A DNA stretch of 64,000 nucleotides, taken from positions 1,472,001-1,536,000 of the forward strand of contig CBDEFM010000002.1 in assembly GCA_965237415.1 (NCBI GenBank). The letters run 5' to 3'. The stretch's first letter is position 1. Each line of letters opens with the position of its first letter. Position numbers and translations under genes: made by a program. The notes below the pieces were generated by a model that saw nothing but the letters and a program-made list of their open reading frames with translations, searched no databases and was not told where the DNA came from. Shown one piece after another: positions 29,602 to 38,997 of the stretch. The DNA comes from Alphaproteobacteria bacterium. Its GTDB lineage: Bacteria > Pseudomonadota > Alphaproteobacteria > UBA828.

Positions 29602-29795
29602 GGCCTCTCAGAACCTATGGGCGACGGCGGCGCAGCATAGCGAAAATGATACTCAGCCGCCAGTACCTCTCCCCATACAGTCGGGTCACGATTTTGACAA
29701 CGGCCGCCCGCCTGGACGCGACGCAGGCCGTGACGGCGGTGAGAATATCGGGCGAAGCGGTTTACGGCGCGCGCCGTGCAGGCCATATAGAGAGC

Positions 29796-30410
29796 ATGGC
29801 GATACTCAAGATCGCGCGCATGGGCCACCCCGTGCTGGGCCGCCCCGCATTGCCGGTCGCCGACCCGGCTGCGCCTGCGATCGCGCGTCTGATCGAGGAC
29901 ATGGTCGATACGCTGGTGGACGCGAACGGGGCCGGCCTGGCGGCGCCCCAGGTGCACGTGCCCCTGCGGCTCGTGCTCTTCCGCGTGCCGCCCGGCCGCG
30001 AGACGGCTCGGGAGGAGAGCAACGGCGCGGAGAGCGACGGCGCGGAGAGCGACGGCGGGGAGAGCGACGGCGGGGAGAGCGACCCGGCGGCGGCGCCCGC
30101 CCTCGAGTCGCCCACGGTCCTGATCAACCCCGAGATCGAGCCGATCGGCGAGAGCATGGTGGAGGACATGGAGGCCTGTCTCTCGCTCCCCGGTCTCGCC
30201 GGGATGGTTCCGCGCCACGACCACATTCGCTATCGCTGGACCGATACCGAAGGCCGGGCCCACGAATGCGAGGCATGGGGCTTCCACGCGCGCGTGGTCC
30301 AGCACGAATGCGATCACCTGGACGGCATCCTCTACCCGATGCGGATGACGGACCTCTCCACCCTCGCCTTCACGAGCGAGCTCGGCCGCTCGCAGGCGGC
30401 GGAGGACTGA
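29796..30410 (+). CDS. def: Peptide deformylase
   Basis: MAILKIARMGHPVL, GAGLAAPQV, EACLSLPG, QHECDHLDGILY. Confidence 0.95.
   Translation: MAILKIARMGHPVLGRPALPVADPAAPAIARLIEDMVDTLVDANGAGLAAPQVHVPLRLVLFRVPPGRETAREESNGAESDGAESDGGESDGGESDPAAAPALESPTVLINPEIEPIGESMVEDMEACLSLPGLAGMVPRHDHIRYRWTDTEGRAHECEAWGFHARVVQHECDHLDGILYPMRMTDLSTLAFTSELGRSQAAED
30015..30083 (+). repeat. In-frame 15-bp tandem repeat (about 4.6 copies) inside def
   Basis: GAGAGC(A/G)ACGGCG(C/G)G repeats encode ESNGA-ESDGA-ESDGG-ESDGG-ESD. Confidence 0.9.
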
Positions 30411-30413
30411 GCC

Positions 30414-31103
30414 GTGTGGCGAGCGCTCCCGGCTGACGAGACCCGCGACCGGGTTCTGCTGGCAGCCCTGCCCCATGTGCCCTTCGACGGCTGGTCCGAG
30501 GTGGCGCTTACGGCGGCCGCCGTCGATCTCGACCTCGAGCCCGGGGAGGCGCGCCAGGCCTTCCCCGGCGGCCCGGTTGCGCTCGTCGCCTATCACGCGG
30601 CCTACGCCGACCGCTGCATGGAGGAGGCGCTGAAGGAGAGCGATCTGGCGGCGATGCGGGTGCGGGAGCGCATCGCCCGCGCCGTGCGTCTCAGGCTCGA
30701 ACAGAACGCGGCACACCGGGAGGCGATCCGCGCGGCGCTGCCGATCCTGGCGCAGCCGGCGAACGGCGGCCACGCGCTCTATTCCCTCTATCGTACCGTG
30801 GACACGATCTGGTTCGCGGTCGGCGACAAGTCGACCGATTTCGGCTTCTACACCAAGCGCGCTTTGCTCGCAGGCGTCTACCTCTCCACCCTGCTCTATT
30901 GGCTGAACGACGGCTCGGAGGGCGCGCAGGCGACCTGGGCCTTCCTCGACCGCCGCATCGCGGACGTCATGCGCATCCAGACGACGCAGGCGCGCTTCGC
31001 CCGCTTCCGCCCGCCCGGCATGGAGCTGCTGCGGCGCCTGCGAAAGGCCGCACGGGCCGCCGCGGACCCCATGCACGGCCGAGGCCCGCAGAGCCCGTCC
31101 TAG
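30414..31103 (+). CDS. COQ9 family protein
   Basis: LLAALPHVPFDGWS, RVRERIARAVRLRL, DTIWFAVGDKSTDFGFYTKRALL, TWAFLDRRIADVM. Confidence 0.92.
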   Translation: MWRALPADETRDRVLLAALPHVPFDGWSEVALTAAAVDLDLEPGEARQAFPGGPVALVAYHAAYADRCMEEALKESDLAAMRVRERIARAVRLRLEQNAAHREAIRAALPILAQPANGGHALYSLYRTVDTIWFAVGDKSTDFGFYTKRALLAGVYLSTLLYWLNDGSEGAQATWAFLDRRIADVMRIQTTQARFARFRPPGMELLRRLRKAARAAADPMHGRGPQSPS

Positions 31104-31177
31104 CATCCCGTTCCCTAAGCTCGTTTGCATGTTGTCGGGCCGGTGCGCGGTCTCTCCGACCGACCGCCCCCACACGC

Positions 31178-31289
31178 CGTCATGCCCGGACTCGTTCCGG
31201 GCATCTCCAGCAGCCTGGCCCGCCGGACGCTGGGCAAACACATGGATGGCCGGATACCCGGAACGAGTCCGGGCTGTCCGTCCATGACG
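31178..31289. repeat. CGTC-tagged REP-like palindromic dimer
   Basis: CGTCATGCCCGGACTCGTTCCGGGCATC ... GATGGCCGGATACCCGGAACGAGTCCGGGC...CATGACG: two inverted units around a spacer. Confidence 0.75.
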
Positions 31290-31400
31290 TGTCGGGGGCG
31301 CCGCGCACACGGATAGAAACTTCTCGAACACGGCACTAGCCCGCAAATCTTACCTCGGTCGCGGTCCGGCTCCTCGTCCCACCTCGGACAGAATTCAGAT

Positions 31401-31657
31401 TCAAAGCGGGATTCGGTGGGATTAAGTGGGATAAGTGGGATTCCGTGGGACAGGGTTGCGCACGCCCGAGTCGCCCGCGCCTGAAAGGTCGCGGGCGCGC
31501 CAGATAGCGTCGTACGCACGGAATCGGGTCGCTCACGACCGTTCATCCTTTCTGCCATGGGCCCGCTCGTTCGTGCACTGCAAGGCGCAAGCGTGGCGCG
31601 CACGCCGTGCACCGCACCATGGTCCGGGTCGCGCGGGCCTGAAAGGTCGCGGGCGCG
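31401..31657. repeat. Non-coding module downstream of the DUF3486-like gene: phased GGGA array, two 21-bp direct repeats, GTGCAC-CGC-ACCATGGT motif
   Basis: AAAGCGGGATTCGGTGGGATTAAGTGGGATAAGTGGGATTCCGTGGGA; GCCTGAAAGGTCGCGGGCGCG at 31479 and 31637; motif at 31607-31623. Confidence 0.85.
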
Positions 31658-31709
31658 GAATCAAGAGTCGAGCGCGTGTCCGGCTGCGGCGGAGGCGGAG
31701 CCCCCGGCC

Positions 31710-32591
31710 TCACCCTGGCCCGCTCCATTCCGAGGGGCAGAAGGGAGGGTCGGTCGGCCAGAGTCGGCCTTCCGCCTCCCGCCGCCTCAGCTCGGCATCC
31801 CGCGCCCTGTGCGCGTCCCATTCATCCTGCGCCCCGGGCGCGTCCGCATCCTGCGCCCCGTCGGCGGCAGGTGACTCGGGCGTGGAGTCCGGCGGAGTGA
31901 CGGGAGAGTCCGCGGGAGGAGCCTCGGCCCACCCGGATGCCGGCGGCGGCTTTATACGCCCAGGGAACAAGTGCCCCTCGAGAGCCCGGCGGACGGTTTC
32001 GACCCGTTCGGCATGCGTCATACCGGCCGCGCGCGCGGCCGGTCCGGCGTGCGCGGCGGCGGCATCGGCTGCCGCCTGCTCGCGCTTGATGCGGAGCCTG
32101 TCGGCGCTTTCGATACGGTAGAGCGCGAGGGCGAGGCGGCCGAGGTCCTCGGTCGGCACCGGCTCCTCGTGCGCGCCGAGCTCGGCCATCGTGCGGAGCG
32201 CCAGCGTTCGCAGGGTCTCGATCGCGATGAGGGCGCTAAGCCCCTCGGCGCGGGGGTCGCGGGCGCGCGTCCATTCCTCGGCAAAGCGAACGGTCTCGCG
32301 CTGCAGGCAGATCAGGCCGTCCATGCGCTCGGCCCAGCGGCCCTCGGCGGGTCGCGCACGCGCGCAGCGTCGTGCGCGCGGGATCAAAGGCGAACGGTCA
32401 CCGTCGCCCGCGCGGACGCGCGACACGATCTCGTCCATGGTGGCGCCGTCCTCGATGGCTGCGGCCACGGCGTCCTGGATCGAGGTCGGCAGCGGCTCGT
32501 CCGCTGAGCCCCCGCCCAGCTCACCTGCCGTGCCCCGCGTGCTCTCGCACTGCGTCGCGCGGATACGCGCGCGGGAAGATGATCGACCCAT
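31710..32591 (-). CDS. Mu gp27-like / DUF3486 family protein with a low-complexity C-terminal extension
   Basis: MGRSSS..., HTH-like LPTSIQDAVAAAIEDGATMDEIV, AEEWTRA..EG..ALIAIETLRTLALRTM, DLGRLALALYRIESA..RE resemble DUF3486. Recognised by eye; no search run. Confidence 0.65.
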   Translation of the reverse strand: MGRSSSRARIRATQCESTRGTAGELGGGSADEPLPTSIQDAVAAAIEDGATMDEIVSRVRAGDGDRSPLIPRARRCARARPAEGRWAERMDGLICLQRETVRFAEEWTRARDPRAEGLSALIAIETLRTLALRTMAELGAHEEPVPTEDLGRLALALYRIESADRLRIKREQAAADAAAAHAGPAARAAGMTHAERVETVRRALEGHLFPGRIKPPPASGWAEAPPADSPVTPPDSTPESPAADGAQDADAPGAQDEWDAHRARDAELRRREAEGRLWPTDPPFCPSEWSGPG

Positions 32592-32698
32592 CGCGCGATC
32601 CTGGCGCAGGCACCACGCGCGGTGCACCGCACCATGGTTCTGGGCGTTGAGCGGGGCGGGCCGTCAGGCTCCAACGACCCGCGCTAGCATTACACCGC

Positions 32699-33886
32699 TC
32701 AGGCGAGAAGTTCGGCCAACAGGCTGTTGAGGAGCGGTCGGCCGGCGGCGGTCGCGCTGAGCCTCCCGTCCCGGCGCTCCAGATAGCCGGCGTCCATGAG
32801 GCGGGCGAGGCCCGCGCGATCGATCACACGGTCGGGATCGCAGCCCGTGCGCTCCCTCAGATGCGTCTCCGACACGCCCTCGGCAAGGCGGAGGCCCATC
32901 ATCAGCATCTCGCGCGCCTGTTCGTGCGTGTCGAGTGAGCGCGTCTCGGCGGTGCCGTGGCCGGCGCCTTCGACGGCAGCAAGCCAGGTTTCCGGCCCCG
33001 CGTGCTGGCGCACCGTCTGCCGCCCGCATCCTGCCGGCGCGACTCGGCCGTGGGCGCCCGGCCCGATGCCCACGTAGTCGTCGTAACGCCAGTAGGCCAG
33101 GTTATGGCGGCTGGCGTTCCCGCCGCGCTCGTGGTTGGAGACCTCGTAGGCCGCGAAACCCGCCGCCGCCGTCATCTCTTGGGTGAGGTCATAGAGCACG
33201 CGCGCCGTGTCGTCGTCGGGCAGCGCGAACGCGCCGTCCCGTTCCAGCCGCCAGAAGGGCGTGCCCTTCTCGACGGTGAGCTGATAGAGCGAGAGATGGT
33301 CGTCGGCGAACGCCAGCGCCTCGGCCAGCTCGGCACGCCAGGCATCGACGGTCTGGCCGGGCCTTGCGTAGATCAGGTCGAAGGAGCTTCGCGGCATGAT
33401 GCGCTGCGCCATTGCGACCGCTTGCCGCGCCTCCGCCGCGTCGTGCCCGCGCCCGAGGAAAGTGAGCGCGCGGTCGTCGAGCGCCTGCACGCCGAGCGAC
33501 ACCCGGTTCACGCCGGCCGCGCGGAAGTCTTCGAGGCGTGCTGCCTCGGTCGAGGTCGGGTTGGCTTCGAGGGTGATCTCGGCGCCCGCCGCGAGCGTCC
33601 ACCGCGCCGCCGCCCGGTCGATCACCGCGGCCGCGGTCTCGGGCGGCATCAGCGAGGGCGTGCCCCCGCCGAAGAACATGCTGGTGACCTGCGCCCCCGG
33701 CAGCAGCGCGGAAAAATGGTCGAGCTCGCGCAGCAGCGCGCCCCGCCACCGCGCCTGATCGACGCTCTCCCTGACATGGCTGTTGAAGTCGCAATAGGGG
33801 CACTTGGAGAGGCAGAACGGCCAGTGCACGTAGAGGGCGAGCCCGGTGGGCGCTCCAGGTGAAGACGGTTCGGGCTCGCCACTCAC
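32699..33886 (-). CDS. hemW: Radical SAM heme chaperone HemW (HemN-like)
   Basis: [51 protein letters not shown]; GTGA overlap with rdgB. Confidence 0.93.
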   Translation of the reverse strand: MSGEPEPSSPGAPTGLALYVHWPFCLSKCPYCDFNSHVRESVDQARWRGALLRELDHFSALLPGAQVTSMFFGGGTPSLMPPETAAAVIDRAAARWTLAAGAEITLEANPTSTEAARLEDFRAAGVNRVSLGVQALDDRALTFLGRGHDAAEARQAVAMAQRIMPRSSFDLIYARPGQTVDAWRAELAEALAFADDHLSLYQLTVEKGTPFWRLERDGAFALPDDDTARVLYDLTQEMTAAAGFAAYEVSNHERGGNASRHNLAYWRYDDYVGIGPGAHGRVAPAGCGRQTVRQHAGPETWLAAVEGAGHGTAETRSLDTHEQAREMLMMGLRLAEGVSETHLRERTGCDPDRVIDRAGLARLMDAGYLERRDGRLSATAAGRPLLNSLLAELLA

Positions 33887-34500
33887 GACCGGGCCGGCCG
33901 TAAGGCCGCCGCCAGTTGCGCGAAGGCCCGCGCCCTGTGGGTCAGCGGCTGCTTCTCCTCCGGCAACATCTCGCCGAAGGTGCGCGCGTGGCCATCGGGG
34001 ACGAAGATCGGGTCGTAGCCGAAGCCGTGTCGGCCGCGGGGCGGAAAGGCGAGTGTCCCATCCACGCGCCCCTCGACCGTCTCGCAATGACCGTCCGGCC
34101 AGCCGAGAGAAAGCGCACAGACGAAATAGGCCGCCGCGCCAACGGTCTGGGATCCGCGCGCCGCAAGTTCCGTCTCGATACGGGCCATCGCCACGCGAAA
34201 ATCCTTCCCCGGCCCCGCCCAGCGGGCGGAATAGATGCCGGGCGCGCCATCGAGCGCAGGCACCACGAGGCCGGAATCGTCGGCAAGGGCCGGCTCGCCG
34301 CTGGCCTCAGCCGCGGCGCGGGCCTTGAGCGCCGCGTTCGCGCCGAACGTCTCCCCCGTCTCCTCGGGCTCCGCGAGGCCAAGCGCCGCGGCACCCACGG
34401 CCTCGATGCCGAGGGGCCTAAGCAACGCCGCGATTTCGCGGGCCTTGCCGGCGTTATGGCTCGCCACGATCAGGCGCGCCGCCGCGAGACGACGGGCCAT
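33883..34500 (-). CDS. rdgB: RdgB/HAM1 non-canonical purine NTP pyrophosphatase
   Basis: [52 protein letters not shown]. Confidence 0.95.
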   Translation of the reverse strand: MARRLAAARLIVASHNAGKAREIAALLRPLGIEAVGAAALGLAEPEETGETFGANAALKARAAAEASGEPALADDSGLVVPALDGAPGIYSARWAGPGKDFRVAMARIETELAARGSQTVGAAAYFVCALSLGWPDGHCETVEGRVDGTLAFPPRGRHGFGYDPIFVPDGHARTFGEMLPEEKQPLTHRARAFAQLAAALRPARS

Positions 34501-34505
34501 CGGGC

Positions 34506-35228
34506 CTAGCGTCCTCCGGCGAGGGCGTCCCGCTGCAGGGCGAACAGTCGCTCGGCGCCTGAGCGGGCGAGGCCCAGCATGGCGATCAGCTGCGCCTCGC
34601 TGAAGGGGTCGCCCTCCGCCGTGCCCTGGACCTCGACGATCCCGCCGCCGGCGGTGAGTACGAAGTTCGCGTCGGCGTCGGCCGTGCTGTCCTCGGCATA
34701 GTCGAGGTCGAGCACCGCCTCGCCGCCCACGATCCCGCAGCTCACGGCGGCGACCTGGTCGGTGAGCGGCAGGCTCCCGATGACGCCGCGTGCAACGAGG
34801 CCGTCGAGCGCCACGTGGAGCGCCACATAGGCGCCGGTGATGGCTGCCGTGCGGGTGCCGCCATCGGCCTGGATGACGTCGCAGTCGAGGGTGATCTGGC
34901 GCTCCCCGAGCGCTTCCAGGTCGGTCACGGCGCGGAGCGAGCGCCCGATGAGGCGCTGGATCTCCTGCGTGCGCCCGCCCTGGCGCCCGCGCGCGGCCTC
35001 GCGAGCGGTCCGCGACCCGGTCGAGCGCGGCAGCATGCCGTATTCGCCGGTCACCCAGCCCCGCCCCTTGTTGCGCAGGAAGGGCGGCACGCGATCCTCC
35101 AGGCTTGCCGTGCACAGCACCTGCGTGTCGCCGAAGCGAACCAGGCAGGAGCCCTCGGCGTGCTTGTTCACGCCCGGCTCCAGCTTTACCTCGCGCAACT
35201 CGTCGGCTGTACGGCCGGATGGTCGCAT
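34506..35228 (-). CDS. rph: Ribonuclease PH
   Basis: [53 protein letters not shown]. Confidence 0.97.
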   Translation of the reverse strand: MRPSGRTADELREVKLEPGVNKHAEGSCLVRFGDTQVLCTASLEDRVPPFLRNKGRGWVTGEYGMLPRSTGSRTAREAARGRQGGRTQEIQRLIGRSLRAVTDLEALGERQITLDCDVIQADGGTRTAAITGAYVALHVALDGLVARGVIGSLPLTDQVAAVSCGIVGGEAVLDLDYAEDSTADADANFVLTAGGGIVEVQGTAEGDPFSEAQLIAMLGLARSGAERLFALQRDALAGGR

Positions 35229-35875
35229 GGAAAGGCCCTCCCCCGCTGGCGGCGCGACACTATCGCGGGTCCCGGAGGGCGTCCACTATTGTTCATATCC
35301 CCCAGGCGCCGGGCGCTCGCATTTCGCTCCCGCGCGCGTAACCGCACGACACTCGCTTGGCTACGCGCCTTATTCGATCCACTCCGATACACCAGTCTAA
35401 GAATTTGAAAAAAGGCATTAATTCATATGTCCAGTGATCCTTGCGCAGCATTCTCTGTTGTACTGTGAACACCGAGCCAGCACGGATGCAGTCGCGGCGT
35501 CCACTCCATCGGGGTGACCGTTCCGTGTATCTGTTCGGCCGAGTAAGCGGGGGCTGTTGTTCAGCGCGAGGTTTTGACGCCGATCGACGCGCTAACTGGT
35601 TGTTTTATTACGATTCATGGGGGTCAATATAGCGCGTGTAACAACACCATACGGGAACGGAGCCAAGCAGGGTTGGGACAAATCCGGCACGATAATTCCG
35701 GAAGTGGCGTCACGAGACCCGCAACAGCGCGGCGAGGCCGGAAGCAGCGCCACGCCGTTCCCGGCCTCGCCAAGTGGGTTCCACCGAGCGCGGGCGCATC
35801 GGTTCACCGGGCGCCCGCGCCCAAATTCAACGCTCTCGGCTTCCTGGTTGAGGTCCGGCCCTGCCGGTCGCCTCC

Positions 35876-37075
35876 CTACATCGCCGGGGTCCAGGTGCCG
35901 TCGTCCCCAACTACGTTGAGGGAGTAGATGCCGGCCACGTCGCCGTTCTCGTCGAACTCGATGGCGCCGGAGGCGCCCTCGTAGTTGATGTCCTCGCCGG
36001 CCGCGATGGCTTCCTTGGCCTTCGCCCACTCGCCGGGGCGAATGACCATGCCGGGGGCGTTGGCCACATCGCGAAGCGCCGCCGAGATCATGCCGCGGTC
36101 GGCCGAGCCTGCCTTCTCGATCGCGAGCGCGGCGAGGAAAGCGATATCGTAGCCGTGGGCGACGAAGGGGGCGTCCGGGCTGTTGCCGGCGGCCTCGAAG
36201 GCGGCGGCGAAGGCCTTGTACGACCCGCCCCCGGTGTCGGACGCGGGCTGCGAGAGCATGATGTTGCCGCGCAGGTTGTCGGCGCCGATCTGCTCGATGA
36301 CGGAGTTGTCCATCATGCCGTCCGCCCCGAGGAACTTGCCGAAGAGCTCGTTCTCGAGGCTGTTGCGCAGGATGGTGATGCCGCTCGAGCCGAAGTAGGC
36401 GAAGAGGGCGAGCCCTTCCGCCTCGCCGGCCGCGAGCGTCGCGAGCTCGGCGCGGTACGATGCCTTGTTCGGCTCGTGCGCCTCGTTGCCGGCGATCATG
36501 CCGCCGAGCTCGGTGAAGGCGGTCGCGAACACGCCGGCAAGGCCCGAGTTGTAGTCGTCGTTGGAGTAGGTGACCGCAAGCTTGCGGTAGCCGTGCTCCC
36601 AGGCGAGCGCGGCGAGGGATCGTCCCTGGTAGGCGTCGGAGGGCGCGACCCGGAACACGAGGTCGTTGTCGTCGAGGTCCGAGATCGTGGGCGCGGTCGC
36701 GGTGTCGGAAAGCATCACCACGCCGGCCGGGATGGTGACGGACTGGGCCATGCCGTTGGTGGCGCCCGAGCAGTTGGGGCCGATGACCGCCACTGCCTGC
36801 TCGACGTTGACGAGCTTCGCGCCCACGTCGACCGCGGCCTTCGGGTCGCACTGCGAATCGCCCAGCACGAGCCGGTAGGTGTCTCCGCCGAGCAGGCCGC
36901 CCTGCTCATTCACGTGGCTCGCGGCGAGGTTGCGGGCATTGACGATGGCTACCACCAGCTCCGCGATGGGACCGGTAACGGCCGCCGCGGAACCCACATT
37001 GATTTCGCCCGCGGTGGCGGCGGCGCCGTTCATGGCGAGCGCGACCGCGGCTCCGGCTAACATCATTCTCTTCAT
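35876..37075 (-). CDS. Branched-chain amino acid (Liv-type) ABC substrate-binding protein
   Basis: Signal peptide, VNEQGGLLGG, GDSQCDP, FRVAPSDAYQG, YEGASGAIEFDENGD. ATG 37075 overlaps the permease stop. Confidence 0.9.
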   Translation of the reverse strand: MKRMMLAGAAVALAMNGAAATAGEINVGSAAAVTGPIAELVVAIVNARNLAASHVNEQGGLLGGDTYRLVLGDSQCDPKAAVDVGAKLVNVEQAVAVIGPNCSGATNGMAQSVTIPAGVVMLSDTATAPTISDLDDNDLVFRVAPSDAYQGRSLAALAWEHGYRKLAVTYSNDDYNSGLAGVFATAFTELGGMIAGNEAHEPNKASYRAELATLAAGEAEGLALFAYFGSSGITILRNSLENELFGKFLGADGMMDNSVIEQIGADNLRGNIMLSQPASDTGGGSYKAFAAAFEAAGNSPDAPFVAHGYDIAFLAALAIEKAGSADRGMISAALRDVANAPGMVIRPGEWAKAKEAIAAGEDINYEGASGAIEFDENGDVAGIYSLNVVGDDGTWTPAM

Positions 37076-38040
37076 GGCGGTTGCTCCCTGGTTGAAGATG
37101 AAGGAGCGGAGCGGAAGCGGCGCTCGCGGAAGATGCCGCCCGGGTAACGCTGTAGGATGAACTGCAATGCAAGGCCCACAAGAAAGATCCGCAGGTAAGC
37201 CGACTTGACCGCCCACTCCGGGGGTAGTCGCGCGCTTAGTATTTCGGTTGTTGACCAGATAGTCCAGATCAGGATGGCGCCGAAGACCGCGCCCCGATTG
37301 TTCCCGGCGCCGCCCACGACGAGCATGACCCAGACCAGGAAGGTGGCGGAGATCGGCTCCGCCGCGTTCGGCTCGATGAACTTGATGTGGTGCGCCATCA
37401 GCGCCCCGCCGAGGCCCATGAGAGCGGCGCCGAGGACGAAGGCTTCAATTCGCAGGCGCTCGACGTCCTTTCCCGCCGCGCGCGCCGCCGCCTCGTTTTC
37501 GCGGATCGCGGCCATCACCCGTCCCCAGGGGGAACGCCGCGCCCGTTCGAGCAGGACGTAGAGCACGGCGACCACCGCGAAGACCAGCAGCAGCATCCCG
37601 ACTTGGTTCCACGGCTGGGGGAGGTGCTCGAAGGGCTTCGGGATGAGGGAGATCCCGCGCGGGCCGTTGGTCGCCCACACTTCGTTCTTGAGGACGAGCC
37701 GGAAGATCTCGGCGATTCCGAGGGTGGCGATCGCGAGGTAGTCGGCGCGGAGCCGAATGCAGATCCGGCCCACGCCCCAGGCGATGATCGCGCTCGCAAT
37801 CATCGCGGCGACCATGCCCGCCGCCGCCGGCAGGCCGAAGCCGCCCAAGTGCCGCTCGGAGGCAGCGGAGGTCACGATGGCGGTGGTGTAGGCGCCGATC
37901 GCGAAGAAGCCCGCCACCCCGGCGTTGAAGAGCCCCGTGAAGCCCCACTGGATGTTGAGCCCGAGGGTGAGCACCGCGTAGATCCCGCCCATCGTGAGCA
38001 GGAACACGCCGTAGAGGAAGATGCCGTAGAGCTGTTCCAT
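37072..38040 (-). CDS. Liv-type ABC permease (LivM-like)
   Basis: GLNIQWGFTGLFNAG, LRADYLAIATLG, SPWGRVMAAIRENE, GGAGNNRG. Confidence 0.92.
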   Translation of the reverse strand: MEQLYGIFLYGVFLLTMGGIYAVLTLGLNIQWGFTGLFNAGVAGFFAIGAYTTAIVTSAASERHLGGFGLPAAAGMVAAMIASAIIAWGVGRICIRLRADYLAIATLGIAEIFRLVLKNEVWATNGPRGISLIPKPFEHLPQPWNQVGMLLLVFAVVAVLYVLLERARRSPWGRVMAAIRENEAAARAAGKDVERLRIEAFVLGAALMGLGGALMAHHIKFIEPNAAEPISATFLVWVMLVVGGAGNNRGAVFGAILIWTIWSTTEILSARLPPEWAVKSAYLRIFLVGLALQFILQRYPGGIFRERRFRSAPSSSTREQPP

Positions 38041-38106
38041 CTACGCGGCCCGTCTCTTCCGCGAGGGGTGCGCACCGGGAGGTATAGGCATCGACCGCGT
38101 CATGTT

Positions 38107-38997
38107 CTAGAACACCCGACCCCGGAAGAGCCCGCTCGGGCGCCAGATCAGGATCGCGACCATGATCGCGAAGGCGACCCCGGTCTTGTAGCCGGGCGGG
38201 ACGAGCGACCCGGTGCCGATCCACGGATAGGTGGAGAGCTCCTCGACGAGGCCGATCACCAGCCCCCCCGCCATCGCGCCGTAGGGCCGCCCGATTCCCC
38301 CGAGCAGGGCGGCGGCGAAGATCGGCAGCAGCAGCTTGAAGCCCAGTTGCGACTCGACGTGGGTGTCGTAGGCGAGGAAGACCCCGGCCGCGGCCGCAAG
38401 CCCCGCGCCGACGATCCAGGTGGTGAGGATCACCCGCTCGGTGTCGATGCCGGTGAGCCGGGCGAGGTCGGGCGAGTCGGCCATTGCGCGCATCGCCTTG
38501 CCGGCCCGGGTGTGGCCGAGCAGCAGGTGCACCGCCAGCATCAGGACGAGGGCGGCGCAGATGATGGTGACATGCTTGGGGAAGACGCGCAGCGCGTCGA
38601 AGAGCAGCCAGGGAAGCTCGATGCCCTGGCCGAAGGAGCGGAGCCTCGCGCCCCAGATGAGCTGCACGAGGGAGCGCACCATCAGCATCAGCCCGAAGGA
38701 GGCGATCACGAGGATGATGGTCGAGCCGTGGCGGAGTGGCCGGAAGAAGAGCCGGTCCATGCCGAGCACCGCGAGCGCGGTGAACGCCATCGCCAGGGGA
38801 AGGACGGCGAAGGGGTGCCAGTCGGTGAAGGAGGCGAGTGAGAGGGCGAAGAAGGCGCCGAGCGTCATCGTCTCCCCGTGCGCGAAGTTCGCGAAGCGCA
38901 GGATCCCGAAGGTGAGGGTCACGCCGATCGCGCCGAGCGCGTAGATGCTGCCGAGCACCAGGCCCGGAATCAGGTAGAAGTTGAGGAACTCGATCAC
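38107..38997 (-). CDS. Liv-type ABC permease (LivH-like)
   Basis: GSIYALGAIG, FANFAHG, GKAMRA, LGGIGRPYGA, WRPSGLF. GTG 38997. Confidence 0.92.
   Translation of the reverse strand: MIEFLNFYLIPGLVLGSIYALGAIGVTLTFGILRFANFAHGETMTLGAFFALSLASFTDWHPFAVLPLAMAFTALAVLGMDRLFFRPLRHGSTIILVIASFGLMLMVRSLVQLIWGARLRSFGQGIELPWLLFDALRVFPKHVTIICAALVLMLAVHLLLGHTRAGKAMRAMADSPDLARLTGIDTERVILTTWIVGAGLAAAAGVFLAYDTHVESQLGFKLLLPIFAAALLGGIGRPYGAMAGGLVIGLVEELSTYPWIGTGSLVPPGYKTGVAFAIMVAILIWRPSGLFRGRVF

Noticed and set aside
31100-32690. Intact prophage
   Set aside because: Only one phage-like gene; no transposase, large terminase, capsid or tail genes.
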